From Nitrospirota bacterium (lineage in GTDB: Bacteria; Nitrospirota; UBA9217), in NCBI GenBank assembly GCA_963840455.1, contig CAWIYV010000009.1, forward strand, positions 320,001 to 384,000: a DNA stretch of 64,000 nucleotides, written 5' to 3'. Both the position numbers and the translations under genes were made by a program. Within the stretch, counting starts at the first letter, position 1. Every line of letters starts with the position of its first letter. Shown here piece by piece: positions 60,179-64,000 of this stretch. The notes under the pieces are model-generated. The model had not been told where the DNA came from. It worked only from the letters and a program-made list of their open reading frames with translations, and did no database searches.

Positions 60179-63100
60179 ATGAAAACACTTTTTATTACTG
60201 CCTTCCTGATGCTCTGTTCGTCCTGTGCGGCGCTTGCGGGGGAACGACCGGCCCCAGCACCCATTGAGTGCCGGCTTGATGTCTCTCTTGATATCCCCCG
60301 GTCGCTGATCAGGGGGCGTCTGACCATTCCTGTCAGCGCGGGGAATGCGGTGACCTTCCATACCGGCCAGCTTGTGGTGGGCGGCGTTACGCTGAACGGC
60401 AAAGACATACCTGCGCCTGTCCGGGAAGGGGTCCTCGACATCAGGCCGTCCGAGGACGGCCTGATGGAGGTCCGGTATGAGGGCGTGTTCCAGGGCGGCC
60501 AGCCCCAGGGCGACAGGAACTTCGGGGTCGTATCGAGCACCATCGATGACCGCGGGATCTCGCTCACCGGGACATGGTACCCCCAGCCGTCCGGTCTCGT
60601 GCGTTGGAAGCTCACAGCCCTGCTCCCTGTCGGGTATGAGGCGGTGTCGGAGGCGGACAGGATCGTCAAGGTGAAGAAGGACGGAGGCACCGAGTTCACC
60701 TTTGATTTTCCCCACCCCGTCGACAGTCTCTCCCTGGTTGCCACGGACCGCTACGAGGTGACCCAGGACCGCTTCGGCGACCGCGAGCTCTACGCCTATT
60801 TCTTCAAGGAGGACCGGGAGCTCGCAAAGACCTACTTACAGTACGCCAAAAAGTATTTCGAACTGTACGAGAAGATGCTCACTCCCTATCCCTACAAGCG
60901 GTTCTCCATCGTCGAGAACTTCCTGCCCACCGGCTATTCCATGCCCGCCTTCACCCTCCTGGGACAGGACGTGGTGCGCCTGCCGTTCATCGTGGAGACC
61001 TCGCTGGGCCACGAGATCCTGCACCAGTGGTTCGGGAACTCGGTGTACGGCGACCGCGAAAAGGGCAACTGGGAGGAGGGCCTGACCACCTACCTTGCGG
61101 ACCACTGGTACGAGGAACAGAAGGGCAGGGGATGGGAGTACCGCAAGCAGCTGCTCGTCAACTACGGGGCGTACGTGAACAGCTCGAACGAATTTCCCCT
61201 CAGCGAGTTCAGGAGCAGGACCGACCTTCCTTCGCGCTCCATCGGCTACGGAAAGGCGGCCATGGTCTTCCACCTGCTCCGGACCATGACGGGCGACGAG
61301 ACGTTCTTCGGGGCGCTCAAGGACCTCATCGGGCAGCGGCAGTTCACTGCCGCGTCATGGGACGACATCAAGGACGTCTTCGAAAAGCGGTCCGGCAGGG
61401 ACCTGTCGCCGTTCTTCCATCAGTGGCTCAAGGAGAAGGGGCTTGTCGATATCCACGTGGAGAGCTCGTCGGTCCGGAGGAAAGGGGGGAAGTTCGAGCT
61501 GACGATTATTGTTGTGCGGAAGAACAGTACCGTCGCCATCGACCTGCCCCTGACCCTGCTGTTCCTGCAGGGCGGCGAGAAGAAGATGTCGGTCACGCTG
61601 GATGCTGAGCGGAAGGAGATCATGCTCCTTGTCGACGACGAACCTGCCTACGTGGTGTTTGACCGTGATTATGATCTCCCGAGGACGCTGACGGGGGATG
61701 AGATGCCGCCGGTCGTCGCGCGGCTGCTCGGTGACGAACGGCCGATCATCGTCGTAGAGGAAGCGGGCATTCCGGTGTACCAGGCGGTCATCGTGGGTTT
61801 TGCACGGGAACAGGCTCAGAACAACGAAAAGAAGATGGATGGAACCGGGAAGCGTCTGACCGATGCGGACCTCAAGGCGTCGTCGGTCGTCATCCTTGGT
61901 GCGGACAATCCGCTGGTCAACAAGCTGTTCGGCGCTGTTCCCGCTCCGGCCGCGGGGTTCAGCCTTGAGGTCCGGACGAACCCGTGGAACGCCGGCAAGG
62001 TCGTCGGGATCTTCAACGCCCGTTCTGCGGAGGAGGCCGCGGCAGCATTCCCGAAGATAGCGCATTACGGGAAGTACAGCAGCCTTGCCTTCGACAAGGG
62101 AAGGAACATCGACAAGAAGATCTCCACGGCCGAGCGCGGGATCATCGTTGCCTTCCGCGAGGAGCCAGCGGTCGTTGATCTCTCGCTGATGAAGAAACTC
62201 TCCAACGTGACGGAGGCAGCTGCTGCCAAGAAGATCGTCTACCTGGGCGAATACCACGACCGGTTCAGCCACCACAACATCGAGCTCGAGATCATCCGGG
62301 ACCTGCACAAGAAGGACCCGAGGCTCGCCATTGGGATGGAGATGTTCCAGCGGCCCTTCCAGAACACGCTGGACGACTATGTCAACGGCGCCATCGACGA
62401 GCGCGAGTTCCTGAACCGGTCCGAGTATTTTGGGCGCTGGGGGTTCGATTACAACCTCTACAAGCCCATCCTTGATTTCGCGCGGCAGGAGCGCGTGCCG
62501 GTGGTCGCCCTTAATATAAGGAAGGAAATCACCGAGAAGGTATCGAAGGAGGGCATGGACGCCCTGACCGATGATGAACGGAAGGAGCTGCCGCGCGAGA
62601 CAGACTTCGCTGACGAGGACTACCGGCACCGCATCCGGCAGGCCTTCGACCAGCACAAGGGGCAGAGCGAGAAGAACTTCGATTTCTTCCTCCAGGCCCA
62701 GGTGCTCTGGGACGAGACCATGGCGGAATCCATCGACGAGTACCTCAAAAAGAACCCGGACCGCCGGATTGCGGTCATTGCCGGCGGTGGCCATCTGGCC
62801 TATGGCAACGGCATTCCGAAGCGGGCCTTCCGGCGGAACAACCTCCCGTACACCATCATCCTGAACGATGCGGAGATCGAGCGGGACATCGCGGACTTCA
62901 TCATCTTCCCGCAGCCCCTCAACGGCATGACCGCGCCGAAGCTGCTTACCACCTTCAAAGAGGACAAGGGGAGGCTTGTGATCAACGATTTCGTGCAGGA
63001 AAGCCCGGCGAAGGCTGCGGGGCTCAGGTCAGGTGACGGGATCATATCCCTGGACGGCGTGCCGGTGACATCCCTGCAGGATATCAAGGAGGCCCTTTTT

Positions 63101-63193
63101 TACAAGGACAAAGGTGATATAATGAAGATCAAGGTTATCCGGAAGCGGTTCCTTCTGGGCGAAAAAGAGATGGAGTTCGAGGTAAAGCTGTAG
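60179..63193 (+). CDS. exported M1 aminopeptidase-ChaN-PDZ fusion protein
   Basis: Signal peptide; HEILH-x18-E (M1); GEYHD..H / GMEMF / LWDETMA / GGGH (ChaN); C-terminal SPAKAAGLRSGD (PDZ). Confidence 0.85.
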   Translation: MKTLFITAFLMLCSSCAALAGERPAPAPIECRLDVSLDIPRSLIRGRLTIPVSAGNAVTFHTGQLVVGGVTLNGKDIPAPVREGVLDIRPSEDGLMEVRYEGVFQGGQPQGDRNFGVVSSTIDDRGISLTGTWYPQPSGLVRWKLTALLPVGYEAVSEADRIVKVKKDGGTEFTFDFPHPVDSLSLVATDRYEVTQDRFGDRELYAYFFKEDRELAKTYLQYAKKYFELYEKMLTPYPYKRFSIVENFLPTGYSMPAFTLLGQDVVRLPFIVETSLGHEILHQWFGNSVYGDREKGNWEEGLTTYLADHWYEEQKGRGWEYRKQLLVNYGAYVNSSNEFPLSEFRSRTDLPSRSIGYGKAAMVFHLLRTMTGDETFFGALKDLIGQRQFTAASWDDIKDVFEKRSGRDLSPFFHQWLKEKGLVDIHVESSSVRRKGGKFELTIIVVRKNSTVAIDLPLTLLFLQGGEKKMSVTLDAERKEIMLLVDDEPAYVVFDRDYDLPRTLTGDEMPPVVARLLGDERPIIVVEEAGIPVYQAVIVGFAREQAQNNEKKMDGTGKRLTDADLKASSVVILGADNPLVNKLFGAVPAPAAGFSLEVRTNPWNAGKVVGIFNARSAEEAAAAFPKIAHYGKYSSLAFDKGRNIDKKISTAERGIIVAFREEPAVVDLSLMKKLSNVTEAAAAKKIVYLGEYHDRFSHHNIELEIIRDLHKKDPRLAIGMEMFQRPFQNTLDDYVNGAIDEREFLNRSEYFGRWGFDYNLYKPILDFARQERVPVVALNIRKEITEKVSKEGMDALTDDERKELPRETDFADEDYRHRIRQAFDQHKGQSEKNFDFFLQAQVLWDETMAESIDEYLKKNPDRRIAVIAGGGHLAYGNGIPKRAFRRNNLPYTIILNDAEIERDIADFIIFPQPLNGMTAPKLLTTFKEDKGRLVINDFVQESPAKAAGLRSGDGIISLDGVPVTSLQDIKEALFYKDKGDIMKIKVIRKRFLLGEKEMEFEVKL

Positions 63194-63196
63194 GGA

Positions 63197-63329
63197 ACGG
63201 TTGAGAGGCAGACGCGAAGCAGTCGAAAGGCAGTCATGGAACAGTCGAGAAACAGTCGTCAGGCAGTCAACTGCTTTATGGCTGCAGCATGACTGCTGCT
63301 TGACCGCCCTTCGACCACCGTTCGACCGC
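63197..63329. repeat. palindromic array of 11-bp repeats (RCAGTC core)
   Basis: About 7 forward units followed by about 6 inverted units, all at 11-bp period. Confidence 0.7.
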
Positions 63330-63380
63330 AATATGATTCACATCATAGCTGTTCCTGGGCGGAAAGAGTAGGGTAAGACC

Positions 63381-63629
63381 ATGGGATTGTTCAGTGAAGG
63401 CTGCCCCGGCAGCTCAGAGATCCGCACCCCGAAGCCGGAAGAGATCCGTTGCCAAAAGTGCGGCGAAAAGATGGAGATCTGGACCGACGAGCCGGACTCG
63501 GCTTGCAAGAAGTGCGGCCACATCAATGCCCGGCCCATGGGCACGTCTTGCGTCGAGTGGTGCGCCTTCGCCAAGGACTGCGTCGGCGCGGAGAAGTACG
63601 ATCGACTGATGAAGGCCGCGAAGAAGTAA
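63381..63629 (+). CDS. small Cys-rich (zinc-ribbon/Fe-S) protein
   Basis: CPG, CQKCG..EIWTDE, CKKCG, CVEWCAFAKDC. Confidence 0.75.
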   Translation: MGLFSEGCPGSSEIRTPKPEEIRCQKCGEKMEIWTDEPDSACKKCGHINARPMGTSCVEWCAFAKDCVGAEKYDRLMKAAKK

Positions 63630-63813
63630 ACCGGTTCGCATCCCGCCTGTTCCGTTCATCATACCCCCTGCGAGCCACATGAACACGACCTTGCGTGCCT
63701 CACTCAAGGATACGGAAATCCCTTGATTTATAGGAGTGATTGTTCTATTATTGTCCGGCCATGAGGCGCTTGTTAGCGCCATTCAGGCAATCTGATCGAG
63801 GAGGACCACCCAG

Positions 63814-64000
63814 GTGCCAAAGAAGAAGGTCACGCAGGAAGAGCTCGCAGCGAAGATCGGGAAGTTGAAAGAGAAGGCGAAGGTGGCAAAGGAAAAGACG
63901 GCCGGAAAGAAGTCCGACCCGGCAGTGCGCAAGGCAAAGAAAAAAGTGAAGCGCGCCCAGCGGAAGCTCCGGACCGCCAAGGCTTACAAGACCGGCGGCA
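63814..64000 (+). CDS. Lys-rich basic protein, 3'-truncated by the window edge
   Basis: RBS GAGGAGG, GTG start, MPKKKVTQEELAAKIGKLKEKAK...; frame open to the end. Confidence 0.65.
   Translation, partial: MPKKKVTQEELAAKIGKLKEKAKVAKEKTAGKKSDPAVRKAKKKVKRAQRKLRTAKAYKTGG

Noticed and set aside
63197-63329. CRISPR-like array
   Set aside because: The unit is only 11 bp, the orientation flips midway, and no cas genes are present.

Overview
High-GC bacterial chromosomal segment. Gene order and protein styles suggest a diderm of the Nitrospirota/Desulfobacterota type (inference only). (1) 1-20.7 kb, + strand: the distal part of a Wzx/Wzy-type exopolysaccharide locus. It holds two nucleotide-sugar dehydrogenases, four glycosyltransferases, two deacetylases, two FemAB/GNAT-like proteins, an AsnB-like ligase lacking the N-terminal Cys, an alpha/alpha-barrel protein, a secreted beta-helix protein and DUF362. 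(2) 21-31 kb: a signalling block with a Crp-family regulator, a perfect CRP box in class II position, an Fn3 lipoprotein, an OMP, a PAS-kinase/sigma54-RR/GAF-pseudokinase operon and a GAF-GGDEF cyclase. (3) 31-46 kb: mixed housekeeping and accessory genes (DEAD-box helicase with a terminator-containing leader, ABC-2 exporter, nitroreductase, beta-propeller pseudogene, frameshifted NCS2 permease, CooT, LysR, comEC). (4) 46-54.5 kb, - strand: the conserved tilS-hpt-ftsH-folP-cdaA-cdaR-glmM cluster, punctuated by copies of a palindromic miniature element. (5) 54.8-59.1 kb: a decayed, or poorly sequenced, island bounded by an 18-bp duplication of the tRNA-Met(CAT) 3' end, containing IS30 and IS3 remnants. 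(6) 59-64 kb: DksA with a histone-H1-like tail, an M1 peptidase-ChaN-PDZ fusion and small proteins. No rRNA or CRISPR array was seen. The best candidate for an undescribed system is the pair of histidine kinases with complementary defects flanking a sigma54 response regulator.
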